64,000 nucleotides of DNA from Candidatus Eiseniibacteriota bacterium (GCA_963717505.1 OY970342.1:2304001-2368000); one strand, 5' to 3'. Shown: positions 19,594 to 31,009, counted from the first letter of the stretch. The notes: a model not told the origin generated them from the sequence alone. Made by a program: numbers and translations.

Positions 19594-21659
19594 GCGAGAA
19601 AGCCACCAAACCCTGGTTCGACCGTCGTCTGCTCGGCCGCGCCTCGTGGGACGCGGTGCTCAAGCTCGACCCGCGCCGCCAGCTGCGCAACCCGGTGATG
19701 TTCACGGTGCTGATCGGAAGCGTGTTCACCACCGGCCTGGGCATTCAGGCGGTGGTGTCGCAGGGCGAGGCTCCGGCGTCGTTCATCTTCGGGGTCTCGG
19801 CCTGGTTGTGGTTCACGCTGCTGTTCGCCAACTTCGCCGAGGCGGTCGCCGAAGGCCGCGGCAAGGCGCACGCCGACGCTCTGCGCCGCGCCCGCGGCGA
19901 CGTCATGGCCAAGAAGCTGGACGATCCGACCGACCAGAACGCGATCCAGGTGGTGCCGGCCGGCATCCTTCGGGTCGGCGACTACGTCATCGTCCACCCC
20001 CGCGACGTCATCCCCTGTGACGGCGAGGTGACCGAGGGTGTGGCTTCGGTCGACGAGAGCGCAATCACCGGCGAGAGCGCCCCCGTGATCCGCGAGAGCG
20101 GCGGCGACCGCAGTTCGGTCACCGGCGGCACCCGGGTGCTGTCCGACTGGCTGGTGATCCGCGTGACGGCGAACCCGGGCGAATCGTTCCTCGACCGGAT
20201 GATCGCCATGGTCGAGGGCGCCAAGCGCCGCAAGACCCCGAACGAAATCGCACTCGACATTCTGCTCGCGGCGTTGACCCTGATCTTCCTGCTCGCGGTG
20301 TTCACGCTGCTGCCGTTCTCGGTGTTCGGCGTGCATGCGGTGGGGCACGGGGCACCGGTGACGCTCACCGTCCTGGTCGCGTTGCTCGTCTGCCTGATCC
20401 CGACCACGATCGGCGGGTTGCTGTCGGCGATCGGCATCGCCGGCATGGACCGCATGGCGCAGGCCAACGTGATCGCCATGTCCGGCCGCGCGGTCGAGGC
20501 GGCCGGCGACGTGGACGTGTTGCTGCTCGACAAGACCGGAACCATCACGCTCGGAAATCGCCAGGCGACCGCGTTCCTGCCGGCGCACGGCATCGAAGCC
20601 GAGGCGCTGGCCGACGCGGCGCAGCTCGCCTCGCTGGCCGACGAAACGCCGGAAGGGCGGAGCATCGTCGTACTGGCCAAGGAGCGTCATGGCCTGCGGG
20701 AGCGCGACGTTCATGCGCTCGGCGCCGCGTTCATTCCGTTCTCGGCCCAGACCCGGATGAGCGGCGTCGACCTCGATGGCCGCCGGATCCGCAAGGGGGC
20801 CGCCGAGGCGGTGGAAACCTGGGTCAAGAGCCAGGGTGGGACGCTGCCCGAAGAAGTGCGGCGTGGCGTCGACGATGTCGCGCGGCGCGGCTCGACCCCG
20901 CTGGTGGTCGCCGATGCCTCGCGGGTACTCGGCGTGATCGAGCTCAAGGACGTGGTCAAGGGCGGCATTCGCGAACGCTTCGCCCAGCTGCGGCGCATGG
21001 GCATCAAGACGGTGATGATCACCGGCGACAACGCGCTGACCGCCGCGGCGATCGCCGCCGAGGCCGGGGTCGACGACTTCCTGGCCGAGGCCACGCCCGA
21101 AGCCAAGCTGCGGCTGATCCGCCAGCACCAGGCCGGCGGCCGGTTGGTGGCGATGACCGGCGACGGCACCAACGACGCGCCCGCGCTCGCCCAGGCAGAC
21201 GTCGCGGTCGCGATGAACACCGGCACCCAGGCCGCCAAGGAAGCCGGCAACATGGTCGACCTCGATTCCAATCCGACCAAGTTGATCCAGGTGGTCGAGA
21301 CCGGGAAGCAGCTGCTCATGACCCGCGGCGCGATCACCACGTTCAGCATCGCCAACGACGTCGCCAAGTACTTCGCGATCCTGCCGGCGGCATTCGTTGT
21401 GACCTTCCCGGAGCTCGGGGCCCTGAATGTCATGAATCTGGCCACGCCGCAGAGTGCCGTGATGTCGGCGCTGATCTTCAACGCCCTGATCATCGTCGCC
21501 CTGATTCCGCTCGCGCTGCGCGGCGTCCGCTACCGGCCGCTCGGAGCGCAGACCGTGCTGCAGCGCCACCTGTTGATCTACGGCGTCGGCGGCCTGATCG
21601 CGCCGTTCGCCGGCATCAAGCTGATCGACCTGCTGCTGGTCGGGCTCAAGCTGACCTAG
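19590..21659 (+). CDS. kdpB: K+-transporting ATPase subunit B
   Basis: [15 protein letters not shown] and [13 protein letters not shown]-type ATPase motifs. Confidence 0.98.
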   Translation: MSEKATKPWFDRRLLGRASWDAVLKLDPRRQLRNPVMFTVLIGSVFTTGLGIQAVVSQGEAPASFIFGVSAWLWFTLLFANFAEAVAEGRGKAHADALRRARGDVMAKKLDDPTDQNAIQVVPAGILRVGDYVIVHPRDVIPCDGEVTEGVASVDESAITGESAPVIRESGGDRSSVTGGTRVLSDWLVIRVTANPGESFLDRMIAMVEGAKRRKTPNEIALDILLAALTLIFLLAVFTLLPFSVFGVHAVGHGAPVTLTVLVALLVCLIPTTIGGLLSAIGIAGMDRMAQANVIAMSGRAVEAAGDVDVLLLDKTGTITLGNRQATAFLPAHGIEAEALADAAQLASLADETPEGRSIVVLAKERHGLRERDVHALGAAFIPFSAQTRMSGVDLDGRRIRKGAAEAVETWVKSQGGTLPEEVRRGVDDVARRGSTPLVVADASRVLGVIELKDVVKGGIRERFAQLRRMGIKTVMITGDNALTAAAIAAEAGVDDFLAEATPEAKLRLIRQHQAGGRLVAMTGDGTNDAPALAQADVAVAMNTGTQAAKEAGNMVDLDSNPTKLIQVVETGKQLLMTRGAITTFSIANDVAKYFAILPAAFVVTFPELGALNVMNLATPQSAVMSALIFNALIIVALIPLALRGVRYRPLGAQTVLQRHLLIYGVGGLIAPFAGIKLIDLLLVGLKLT

Positions 21660-21669
21660 GAGGAGCCGA

Positions 21670-22246
21670 ATGTCGTCGTTCGTTCCCGCGCTGCGCATGC
21701 TGGTCGCCCTGACGCTGTTGACCGGTGTGCTCTACCCGCTGGCGGTCACCGGCCTCGCGCAGCTGTTGTTCCGGCGCCAGGCGGAGGGCAGCCTGGTGGA
21801 GCAGGGCGGCAAGGTGGTCGGCTCGAGTCTGATCGGACAACCGTTCACCTCGCCCGGTTACTTCTGGAGCCGGCCTTCGGCGACCGGGCCGTTCCCGTAC
21901 AACGCCGGGCTGTCGTCGGGCTCGAACCTGCGGCCCGATCCATCCGGATCTCGCTTCCTCCGTGCAGGCGCGGGTCGCGGCGTTGCGGGCCGCGGATTCC
22001 ACGCTCACCGGTCCGGTGCCGGTGGACCTGGTCACCGCTTCGGGGAGCGGACTCGATCCGCACATCAGCGTGGCCGCGGCGAGGATTCAGGCGCCGCGGG
22101 TCGCGCACGCGCGCGGACTCGGCGAGGACGCCGTCCAGGCCCTGGTCGATCGCTACACGACAGGCCGCACCATCGGATTGCTCGGTGATCCGGTGGTCCG
22201 CGTGCTCGAACTGAACCTGGCTCTCGACAAGCGGGAACTGAAGTGA
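21670..22246 (+). pseudogene. kdpC: K+-transporting ATPase subunit C with one extra base (real frameshift or sequencing error)
   Basis: The first frame gives YFWSRPSA...SSGSNL. Removing one base near 21931 continues [18 protein letters not shown]...[16 protein letters not shown]...VLELNLALD. The span is 577 nt (192 codons + 1). Confidence 0.9.
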
Positions 22247-22998
22247 AACGCCATGCCGTTCTGATGTTGGCGCTGCTCCTGCCGGCGGCGGCGCACGCCA
22301 CGCCGTCCACGGTGTTTTGGGCGCCGTCGACACCGTACGTGCAGCCGTTCGGCAAGCTCCACGTGACCTACGACACCTATTTCGGAAGCGAGGCGCTCTA
22401 CCCGGTCGACGCCGGGCTGACGATCGGTGTCCTGCCCTGGCCCAAGTTCCAGGCGGAGGTCGGCTTCGATGTCTTCTACCCAACCTACAGCAGCGGCGAG
22501 CCCATGGATGCGCCAGTCCTGCTCAATGCCAAGGTCGGATCCCCGGAGGGGGCGTTGTTCGAGAGGTCGCCGGGCTGGTCGGCGGGCGTCGCCCTGGTCG
22601 GCTTCGAAGAGAACGTCACCGACTACAACATGGGCCATTTGATGCTGGGCATGACCTTCCCGCGGATCGGCACGTTGTCGGCGGGCGGCTACTATGGTGG
22701 CAACGAGAACCTGTACTTCTCCTCGACCGGCGACGAGCAGCGGTCGGGCTTCATGGGCGGCTGGATGTCGCCCGCCATCGACGTGCCGAGCATCGACAAG
22801 ATCATGCTGTGCTGGGACATCCAGACCGGAGAAAACGTCCTCGGGGCGACCGGCGGCGGCGTCTACGTCTACTTCACTCCCGACATCGATCTCATCATGG
22901 GGCCGGTGTTCTTCTTCGACGAGGCTTTGCAGCCGGGGGGATCGAGCTGGATGTGGACCCTCCAGTTCGACGCGGACCTCGACCTGTTCGCCCCTTAA
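22243..22998 (+). CDS. Putative outer-membrane beta-barrel protein inside the kdp operon
   Basis: Signal peptide ending AHA. Gly/aromatic-rich alternating strands. Ends [14 protein letters not shown]. Start overlaps the kdpC stop. Confidence 0.65.
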   Translation: MKRHAVLMLALLLPAAAHATPSTVFWAPSTPYVQPFGKLHVTYDTYFGSEALYPVDAGLTIGVLPWPKFQAEVGFDVFYPTYSSGEPMDAPVLLNAKVGSPEGALFERSPGWSAGVALVGFEENVTDYNMGHLMLGMTFPRIGTLSAGGYYGGNENLYFSSTGDEQRSGFMGGWMSPAIDVPSIDKIMLCWDIQTGENVLGATGGGVYVYFTPDIDLIMGPVFFFDEALQPGGSSWMWTLQFDADLDLFAP

Positions 22999-23061
22999 GG
23001 CTTCAGGCATATAAACTCACGGTCGCGCGTGTTTTCCCGACGCAGACCGTGAGGACTGTCC

Positions 23062-25776
23062 GTGCCTGAACAACGCCCAGACCCCGAACAGCTCCTCGAG
23101 CGCCTCAAACGCGAGGAGGCGCGCGAGCGACGGGCGAAGCTCAAGGTCTTCTTCGGCGCCGCAGCGGGCGTCGGCAAGACCTTCGCGATGTTGGCCGAGG
23201 CCCATGAACGCCGGGTGGGCGGCGTCGACGTGGTCGCCGGCGTGGTCGAGACTCACGGCCGCGAGGAGACCGGCCGGATGCTGGACGGTCTCGAATCGTT
23301 GCCGTTGCGTTCGATCGAGTATCGGGGCGCCTCGTTGCCCGAGTTCGATCTCGACGGCGCGCTCGCCCGGAAGCCGGCGCTAATCCTTGTCGACGAGCTG
23401 GCGCACACCAACGTGCCGGGCTCGCGCCACACCAAGCGCTGGCAGGACGTCGACGAGCTGCTGGCGGCCGGCATCGACGTCTACACCACGCTCAACGTGC
23501 AGCACGTGGACAGCCTCAACGACGTGGTGGCCCAGATCACCGGCGTCACGGTCCGCGAGACGGTGCCCGACCTGGTGCTCGATCGCGCCGACGAGATCGA
23601 GCTGATCGACCTGCCGCCCGACGACCTGCTGCAGCGGCTACGAGAAGGCAAGGTCTACGTGCCGGCGCAGGCGGAAGCCGCGATGCGCAGCTTCTTCCGC
23701 AAAGGCAACCTGATCGCGCTGCGCGAGCTGGCGCTGCGGCGCACCGCCGAGCGCGTCGACGCCGAGATGGAGTCCTACCGGCGCGAGGCCGGGATCGCCG
23801 AGCCCTGGGCGGTCCGCGACCGAATCCTGGTGTGCGTCGGCGATCCCGAGATGGGCCTGCGCCTGGTCCGGTCCGCGCGCCGGATGGTGACCGGGCTCCG
23901 CGCGCAGTGGATCGTCGCGCACGTCGAGACTCCGGCCGAATTGCGTTGGCCGCGCGATCGGCGCGACTACATCGTCGACGTGATGGGTTTCGCCGAGGAC
24001 CTGGGCGCCGAGACCGTGATCCTCCAGGGCATCCGGGTCGCCGACGAGATCCTGGCGCTGGCCGCCCAGCGCAACGTGTCGCGCATCCTGGTGGGCAAGC
24101 CGTCACGGCCCAGGTGGCAACAGCTCCTGGGCGGTTCGCTCGCCGAGAACCTGGTGCGCAACAGCCGCGAGGCCGACGTCTACGTGATCACCGGCGAAAC
24201 CGAGGGTCCGTCGCCGGCGCGCGCCGCCGATCGGGTAGCCGGAGTCGGTTGGACGCACCAGATCCAGTCGGTCGGAGTGGTCGGGCTCGCGACCGGAATT
24301 GCGTTCCTGCTCTACGGATACCTGGACCCGACCAACCTGATCATGATCTATCTGCTCGGGGTCATGGTGGTGGCGCTATGGGTGGGCCGGGGTGCGGCGA
24401 TTCTGGCTTCAGTGTTGAGTGTCGCCGCGTTTGATTTCTTCTTCGTGCCCCCGCGCTACACGTTTGCCATCGGCGACACGCAGTACCTGGTGACGTTCGG
24501 GGTCATGCTGATGGCGGCTCTGGCGCTCAGCACCATGGCGCACTGGGTCCGGGTCCAGGCCGAGGCCGCCCGAGCGCGCGAGCGGCGGACGGCGGCGCTC
24601 TATCGAATGAGCCGCGAGCTGGCCGAACTGCGCACGTCGGACGAGCTGCTGTCGGTCGCGGCGCGCTCCATTGGCGAGGAGTTCGGTGGCCGTGCGGCCA
24701 TCCTGCTGCCGATCCAGGGCGGTCGGGTCCGGCTGCGGGTCGGTGATCTCGGGACGGCGCACCATGAACGTCATGAAGCCGGCGTGGCGCAATGGACGTT
24801 CGACAACGGGCAGCCCGCCGGCCTCGGCACTGCGACCCTTCCCGGGGCCCGTGGCCTCTACCTGCCGCTCATGGGCAGTTCGGGGCCGATCGGCGTGCTC
24901 GGACTGATCCCGGAATCGCGCGGTACCGGGTGGCGACCCGACCAATTCCGCTTCCTCGAGACCATGGCGAACCAGATCGCCCTCGCCGTCGAGCGCGGCG
25001 ATCTGGCGGAGTCCGCGGAGCAGGCCCGGGTGCGGGACGCTTCGACGCGCCTCAAGGACACGTTGCTCAGCTCGATCTCGCACGACTTCCGCACGCCCCT
25101 GGCGGTGATCACCGGTGCGGCGAGCAGCCTGCGCGACCGGAACAACCTGCCCGCGTCGCTGCGCCGCGAGCTCGAGGAGACGATCGTCGAGGAAGCGAAT
25201 CGATTGAGCCGTCAGGTCGGCGGCCTGCTCGACATGACCCGCCTCGAGTCGGGCGCCATCGAGGTGCACAAGGAGTGGCATTCGCTCGAGGAGGTGGTGG
25301 GCGCCACGCTCGGCCGCTTGAACGCGCCGCTCGCCGAACGCGAGGTGCGGGTCGACCTGAGTGCCGTGCCGTATGCGCCGATGGACGACGTGCTCATGGG
25401 CCAGGTGCTGTTCAATCTGGTCGAGAATGCGACCAAGTACACGCCGCCCGGGAGTCCGATCGAGATCCGCGCCTGGCGCGAGGGTGAGGGAGCGATGATC
25501 GAGGTCGCCGATCGCGGACCAGGCCTGCCCGCCGGCGACGAGCAGCGGGTGTTCGACAAGTTCTATCGCGCCGTCGACACCGGGCCTCGCGGACTGGGAC
25601 TCGGACTGTCGATCAGCCGCGGCTTCGTCGAGGCGCACGGTGGCCGGATCGAGGCCGCGAACCGCGCCGGAGGCGGCGTCGCGTTCCGCGTCTGGTTGCC
25701 GTTCGAAGGCGAGCCGCCGCGCGTCGAGGCCGAGGGCGAGTCGGCCGAGGTCGGCGACCCCGGGGCGCGGGCGTGA
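23062..25776 (+). CDS. kdpD: Sensor histidine kinase KdpD
   Basis: FFGAAAGVGKT, LVDELAHTN, USP domain, 4 TM helices, GAF, SISHDFRTPL and GLGLGLSI motifs. Confidence 0.97.
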   Translation: MPEQRPDPEQLLERLKREEARERRAKLKVFFGAAAGVGKTFAMLAEAHERRVGGVDVVAGVVETHGREETGRMLDGLESLPLRSIEYRGASLPEFDLDGALARKPALILVDELAHTNVPGSRHTKRWQDVDELLAAGIDVYTTLNVQHVDSLNDVVAQITGVTVRETVPDLVLDRADEIELIDLPPDDLLQRLREGKVYVPAQAEAAMRSFFRKGNLIALRELALRRTAERVDAEMESYRREAGIAEPWAVRDRILVCVGDPEMGLRLVRSARRMVTGLRAQWIVAHVETPAELRWPRDRRDYIVDVMGFAEDLGAETVILQGIRVADEILALAAQRNVSRILVGKPSRPRWQQLLGGSLAENLVRNSREADVYVITGETEGPSPARAADRVAGVGWTHQIQSVGVVGLATGIAFLLYGYLDPTNLIMIYLLGVMVVALWVGRGAAILASVLSVAAFDFFFVPPRYTFAIGDTQYLVTFGVMLMAALALSTMAHWVRVQAEAARARERRTAALYRMSRELAELRTSDELLSVAARSIGEEFGGRAAILLPIQGGRVRLRVGDLGTAHHERHEAGVAQWTFDNGQPAGLGTATLPGARGLYLPLMGSSGPIGVLGLIPESRGTGWRPDQFRFLETMANQIALAVERGDLAESAEQARVRDASTRLKDTLLSSISHDFRTPLAVITGAASSLRDRNNLPASLRRELEETIVEEANRLSRQVGGLLDMTRLESGAIEVHKEWHSLEEVVGATLGRLNAPLAEREVRVDLSAVPYAPMDDVLMGQVLFNLVENATKYTPPGSPIEIRAWREGEGAMIEVADRGPGLPAGDEQRVFDKFYRAVDTGPRGLGLGLSISRGFVEAHGGRIEAANRAGGGVAFRVWLPFEGEPPRVEAEGESAEVGDPGARA

Positions 25777-26483
25777 ACGCGCCCGAGACCGACCGTCCGC
25801 TGATTCTCGTGGTCGACGACGAGCTGCCGATCCGGCGTTTCCTGCGCGCAGCGCTCGACGGCGATCACTACCGCCTGATCGAAGCCGAAACCGGAGAAGG
25901 CGCACTGCGCGAGGCGGCGCAGTGCGCTCCTGACCTGGTGTTGCTCGATCTCGGACTGCCCGACCTCGATGGCATGGAGGTTACGCGCCGGCTTCGCGAG
26001 TGGTCGCAGGTCCCGATTCTCGTGCTGTCGGCGCGTGGGCAGGAGGGCGACAAGATCGCCGCACTCGATGCCGGAGCCAACGACTACGTGACCAAGCCAT
26101 TCGCGATCGGCGAGCTGCTGGCGCGCATCCGTGCGGCCCTACGCCATTCGGCGCGCCTGTCGGGCACGACCACTGAGAGCGTGGTCACGGTCGGTACGCT
26201 CAAGGTCGACCTCGAACGCCGTCAGGTCACGGTCGCCGGGCAGCCGATCCACCTGACGCCGATCGAGTACCGGTTGCTGACCACGCTGGCCAGCCATCGC
26301 GGTCGCGTGCTGACGCGCGAGCACCTGCTGCGCGAGGTCTGGGGACCGCGCTACGTCCAACAGCACCACAATCTGCGAGTCCACATGGCGCAGCTCCGCC
26401 AGAAGATCGAAGCCGATCCCACGAGACCGCGCCTGCTGCTCACCGAGACCGGTATCGGCTACCGGATGGCGGAAGAGGTCTGA
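25773..26483 (+). CDS. kdpE: Response regulator KdpE
   Basis: Receiver domain (LDLGLPDLDG, DYVTKPF) plus OmpR winged helix (LTPIEYRLL, TETGIGYR). Confidence 0.95.
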   Translation: MNAPETDRPLILVVDDELPIRRFLRAALDGDHYRLIEAETGEGALREAAQCAPDLVLLDLGLPDLDGMEVTRRLREWSQVPILVLSARGQEGDKIAALDAGANDYVTKPFAIGELLARIRAALRHSARLSGTTTESVVTVGTLKVDLERRQVTVAGQPIHLTPIEYRLLTTLASHRGRVLTREHLLREVWGPRYVQQHHNLRVHMAQLRQKIEADPTRPRLLLTETGIGYRMAEEV

Positions 26484-26484
26484 A

Positions 26485-29400
26485 TCAGGAGCCCAGGCGT
26501 TCGGACGCGACCGGCGCTTCGGCCGCCGCGCGGCGCGGACGCAGCCAGCCGAACCAGCGACGCCGCTCGCGTCCGGTCTCGGGCTGGCGTCGCAGTCGGC
26601 GCTGGAGCGCGTCGAGATAGGTGTAGAACACCGGCGTGACGTAGAGCGTCACGATCTGCGAGAACGCGAGCCCGCCGACCACGGCCAATCCGAGTGGGCG
26701 GCGCGATTCGGCGCCGGTGCCCCAGCCGAGCGCGATCGGCAACGTGCCCATGAGCGCCGCCATGGTGGTCATCATGATCGGCCGGAAGCGCACGCTGCAC
26801 GCCTGGAGGATCGCGTCGTGCGGCGTCTTGCCTTCGCTGCGCTCGGCTTCGAGTGCGAAGTCGATCATCATGATCGCATTCTTCTTGACCAGCCCGACCA
26901 GCAGGATGACACCGACGAACGCGTAGACCCCGAGCTCGGCGCGGAACAACCACAGCGTGAGCAGCGCGCCGAAGCCCGCGAACGGCAGGCCGGAGAGGAT
27001 CGTGAGCGGGTGGACGAAGCTCTCGTAGAGCACGCCGAGCACGATGTAGATGACCAGCACCGCGATCACCAGCAGCAACGTCAGGCCGCGCTGGCTCGAC
27101 TGGAACGCCTGCGCGGTTCCGGCAAAGCTGGTGGCGATGTCCGAAGACAGGGTCTGGCGCGCCGCCTGCTCGACCGCGGCCACCGCCTGGCTCAACCCGA
27201 CGCCTTCGCGAACGTCGAATGACAAGGTCACTGCCGGCATCTGGCCGGCATGCGCCACGGTCAGCGGTCCGAGTCCCGGTTCGAACGAAGCGACCGCACC
27301 CAGGGGCACCAGCTCGCCGCGGCTCGAGCGCACCGTGAGCAGCCGGATCGCCGAGGCGTCGCGCTGGAACTGCGGCAGCAGCTCGAGGATCACCTGGTAC
27401 TGGTTGTCGGGCGTCAGGATGGTCGAGACTTGGCGCGAGCCGTAGGCGTTGTACAACGCCTGCTCGATCTGTTGCGGCGTGACGCCGAGGGTCGCGGCCT
27501 GGTCACGATCGATCCGCACGCGCAGCTCGGGGTTCTTGATCTGGAGGTCGCTGGTGACGTTGTCGAGCTGGGGCAGCGCGTCCAACCGCTGCTCGAGCTG
27601 ACGGGCGTTCTCGTAGAGCGACGCGATGTCGGAGCCCTGCAGGCTGAACTGGTACTGACTCTTGGCGAATCGAGCCCCGACCCGGATCGGCGGCGGGTTT
27701 TGTAGGAATACGCGGATTCCCGGCACGGTCGCCACCTTCGGCGTCAGGCTGCGGATCACCTGATCGGCGCTCAGCGTGCGCTCGTGTCTCGGCTTGAGCC
27801 GGATCACCATACGTCCGGAGCTGGTGCCGGCGCCGGTCGGGCCGCCGCCGACCGACGACATCAACCCCTCGACGTTCGGATCGGCGCCCACGATCGCGGC
27901 GGCCTCGCGCTGGCGCGCCACCATGGCGTCGAAGGTGGTGCCTTCGGCGGCCTCGGTGGTGGCGGTGATCTGGCCCGTGTCCTCGCTGGGAATGAACCCC
28001 TTGGGCACCACGGTCGCGAGCACGCCGGTGCCGACCAGGATCGCGAGCGAGAACGCCAGTGCGGCGCGCCTGTGCTCCATCACCCAAGCCAGGGTGCGCT
28101 CGTAGAATCGCAGCGTCGCCTGGAACGCGGCCTCGGTCGCCCGGTAGACACGGCCATGCACTTGGTGTCCGTCCGGGCGCAGGAACCGGCTGCACAACAT
28201 CGGGGTCAGGGTCAGCGAGACGAAGCCCGAGACCAGGATCGCGACGCTGATCACGATCGAGAACTCGTGGAACAGGCGGCCGAGCAGGCCGCCCATGAAC
28301 AGGACCGGAATGAACACCGCGACCAGGGACAGGGTCATCGACAGGATGGTGAAGCCGATCTCGCGCGAGCCTTCGAGCGCCGCGGTCTTCGGTTCGGCGC
28401 CCTTCTCCATGTGCCGCACGATGTTCTCGAGCATGACGATCGCGTCGTCGACCACGAACCCGACGCACAGCGTGAGTGCGAGCAGGGACAGATTGTCGAG
28501 GCTGAATCCGAGCGGCTTCATGAACGCGAACGTGCCGACGATCGACAACGGCAGCGCGGCGCTGGCGATGATGGTCGCCGACAGGTTGCGCAGGAACAGG
28601 AAGATGACCAACACGACCAGGATCAGGGCGATCAACAGGGTCATCTGGACGTCGGACACCGAGTGGCGAATCGACACCGAGCGATCGTTCAGGGTCTCGA
28701 GATGCACCGAGCCGGGCAACTGGGCGCGCAGGGTCTTGATCAGGGCGTGGACGTTGTCGGCGACCGCGACGGTATTGGTGCCCGGCTGGCGCTGGATCGC
28801 GAGCACGATCGCGCGCTTGTCGTTGAACCATGACGCCGAACGGTTGTCCTCGACGTCGTCGATCACGTTGCCGAGATCGCCGATCCGCACCAGCTTGCCG
28901 TCGCGCGCCAGGACCACCACCGAGCGGAACTCGGAGGCGTTCTGCAGCTGGCCGTCGGAGCGCAGCGTGCGCGCGCGTTCGGTGCCCCACAGGGTCCCGG
29001 TCGGCAGGTTGGAGTTGTGCGAGTTGATGGCACTCGCGACCTGGTCGATGCCGACGCCGCGGGCGGCCATCGCCTGCGGATCGAGCTGCACGCGCACCGC
29101 GTACTTCTTGGAGCCGTAGACGTTGACCTGAGCGACTCCCGACACGGTCGAGATGCGCTGGGCGAGCACGGTCTGCGCGTACTCGTCGAGCACCGGCAGC
29201 GACAGCAAGTCGGAAGTCAGCGCGAAATAGAGGATCGGCTGATCCGAAGGATTCGACTTGCGCAGCGACGGTGGGCTGATGCCGTCCGGCAGTTGGCGCT
29301 GGGCCTGTGCGATCGCGGATTGGACGTCCTGAGCGGCGGCATCGATCGGGCGGTCGAGCGAGAACTGCAGCGTGATGTTGGTCTGTCCCTGGCTGCTGTT

Positions 29401-29646
29401 CGAGCTCATCGCTTCGATCCCGGCGATGGTCGAGAACTGCTTCTCCAGCGGGGTCGCGACCGCCGCGGCCATGGTCTCGGGGCTGGCGCCGGGCAGACTG
29501 GCACGCACGTTGATCACCGGATAGTCGACGTTGGGCAGGTCGCTGACCGGGAGCTGGCGATAGGCGAGTGAGCCGAACAGAATGATGCCGAGCATGACCA
29601 GCGTGGTCGCGACCGGACGGCGGATCCAGGGCGCCGAGAGATTCAC
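26485..29646 (-). CDS. RND efflux permease (MdtB/MdtC-like)
   Basis: IRRPVATTL, GFVVDDAIVMLENI and RFRPIMMTT motifs. GTG 29646 overlaps the MFP stop. Confidence 0.95.
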   Translation of the reverse strand: MNLSAPWIRRPVATTLVMLGIILFGSLAYRQLPVSDLPNVDYPVINVRASLPGASPETMAAAVATPLEKQFSTIAGIEAMSSNSSQGQTNITLQFSLDRPIDAAAQDVQSAIAQAQRQLPDGISPPSLRKSNPSDQPILYFALTSDLLSLPVLDEYAQTVLAQRISTVSGVAQVNVYGSKKYAVRVQLDPQAMAARGVGIDQVASAINSHNSNLPTGTLWGTERARTLRSDGQLQNASEFRSVVVLARDGKLVRIGDLGNVIDDVEDNRSASWFNDKRAIVLAIQRQPGTNTVAVADNVHALIKTLRAQLPGSVHLETLNDRSVSIRHSVSDVQMTLLIALILVVLVIFLFLRNLSATIIASAALPLSIVGTFAFMKPLGFSLDNLSLLALTLCVGFVVDDAIVMLENIVRHMEKGAEPKTAALEGSREIGFTILSMTLSLVAVFIPVLFMGGLLGRLFHEFSIVISVAILVSGFVSLTLTPMLCSRFLRPDGHQVHGRVYRATEAAFQATLRFYERTLAWVMEHRRAALAFSLAILVGTGVLATVVPKGFIPSEDTGQITATTEAAEGTTFDAMVARQREAAAIVGADPNVEGLMSSVGGGPTGAGTSSGRMVIRLKPRHERTLSADQVIRSLTPKVATVPGIRVFLQNPPPIRVGARFAKSQYQFSLQGSDIASLYENARQLEQRLDALPQLDNVTSDLQIKNPELRVRIDRDQAATLGVTPQQIEQALYNAYGSRQVSTILTPDNQYQVILELLPQFQRDASAIRLLTVRSSRGELVPLGAVASFEPGLGPLTVAHAGQMPAVTLSFDVREGVGLSQAVAAVEQAARQTLSSDIATSFAGTAQAFQSSQRGLTLLLVIAVLVIYIVLGVLYESFVHPLTILSGLPFAGFGALLTLWLFRAELGVYAFVGVILLVGLVKKNAIMMIDFALEAERSEGKTPHDAILQACSVRFRPIMMTTMAALMGTLPIALGWGTGAESRRPLGLAVVGGLAFSQIVTLYVTPVFYTYLDALQRRLRRQPETGRERRRWFGWLRPRRAAAEAPVASERLGS

Positions 29647-30821
29647 TTTCCGGCTCCGTGTGCGGCACCCGCGGCCGGTGTGGCCGGCGTCGACACGTGG
29701 CCGTCGGCTGCCACGTCGCCGCTCGCCCGGCGGATGAACGCCTTGGCGCCCGGCGACAACCGCAGCTGCCCATCGGTCACCACGGTCTCGCCGGCGGCGA
29801 GCCCCGCGTCGACCACCGTCCAATCGCGCCACGCGCGCTCAACGGTGATCGGGCGAACCTCGACCGTGGTGTCGGGCAGCACCACGTAGCAATAGGTGCC
29901 GCTCTGCGCGTTGGAAACCGCCGCGGTCGGCACCACGACCGCGCCCTCCTGCTCGTAGACGTGCAGGCGCGCGCGCGCGAACGCGCCCGGCCACAGGTCG
30001 CCGTCGTCGTTGTCGAACTCCGCCTTGAGCAGCACCGTCCCGGTCGCGGCGTCGACGGCGTTGTCGATGAACACCAGGCGGCCGCGGCTCCACGCCGAAT
30101 CCTCGGCGGCGAGCGCGGCCTCGACCACCATCGGCTGCCCGCGGCGGCGTTGCAGCTCGGGCAGGTCCGACTGCGGGATCGCGAAGCGCACCAGGATCGG
30201 ACGGACCTGATTGATGGTGACCAGGGGCTGGGTCGGGTCGTTGGCGCGCACCAGCTCGCCGACGTTCACGCGCAGGTCGCCGCTTCGGCCGGAGATCGGG
30301 GCGCGGACGGTCGCATGCGCCAGGTCGAGCTGCGCGTTCACCCAGTCGGCGGAGTCGGCGCGCGCGGTCGCCTCGGCCGCGGCGTAGGCGGCGCGCTTCT
30401 GCTCGAGCTCCTGCGTCGAGATCAGCTGCTGGGCCGAAAGGGCCTGGGCACGGTCGAACTCCAGGCGGGCGCTCTGCGCTTGCGCGCGATCGCGAGCCAG
30501 CAGCGCCGCCGCGCGGTCGGCCGCCGCCTCGAACGGCCGGCGGTCCAGTTCGATCAGCACCTGTCCGGCGGTGACGTGATCGCCCTCGCGGAACGGAATC
30601 CGCGTGACCAGGCCGCCGACCTGAGCGGTCACCGCTGCCGCGCGAACGGGCTCCACCGTGCCGGTGGCTTCGATTTCGTAGGGCACGGAACGCTGCTCCA
30701 CGGTCGCGACCACGACCGGAACCCGGCCGGCACGACGGCTCCCGTCGCCCCCACATCCCAGGATCGTGATCAAAGTCGCAACCGGGAGGGCAAGGGCCGG
30801 CGCCCACCGAGCGTGAATCAT
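29643..30821 (-). CDS. RND periplasmic adaptor subunit (MdtA-like)
   Basis: Lipoprotein-like LGC. ATVRAPISG, FIDNAVDAATGT and VVTDGQLRL motifs. Start is approximate. Confidence 0.9.
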   Translation of the reverse strand: MIHARWAPALALPVATLITILGCGGDGSRRAGRVPVVVATVEQRSVPYEIEATGTVEPVRAAAVTAQVGGLVTRIPFREGDHVTAGQVLIELDRRPFEAAADRAAALLARDRAQAQSARLEFDRAQALSAQQLISTQELEQKRAAYAAAEATARADSADWVNAQLDLAHATVRAPISGRSGDLRVNVGELVRANDPTQPLVTINQVRPILVRFAIPQSDLPELQRRRGQPMVVEAALAAEDSAWSRGRLVFIDNAVDAATGTVLLKAEFDNDDGDLWPGAFARARLHVYEQEGAVVVPTAAVSNAQSGTYCYVVLPDTTVEVRPITVERAWRDWTVVDAGLAAGETVVTDGQLRLSPGAKAFIRRASGDVAADGHVSTPATPAAGAAHGAGK

Positions 30822-31009
30822 GACGATGAGCAAAGCAGACGTCCGCCCGCCCGGCAAGGACGCGGTTACGATCGCGGTCGAGGGAGCGCTCGAGGGCTCG
30901 TGGATCCACAACCTCTTGACCTCCCGCCGCGATCGATGTCGCGATTCGCGACGATGGTCTGGTCCGGGAGGGCCTACGGCCGGGTTTCGGACGCTGCTAG
31001 TATGCCGCG

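Noticed and set aside
19380-21698. Long antisense or alternate-frame ORFs (e.g. 19380..21698, 27503..29773, 43693..45867, 46041..48623)
   Set aside because: They overlap well-supported genes, have no motifs, and are expected from stop-codon scarcity at very high GC.
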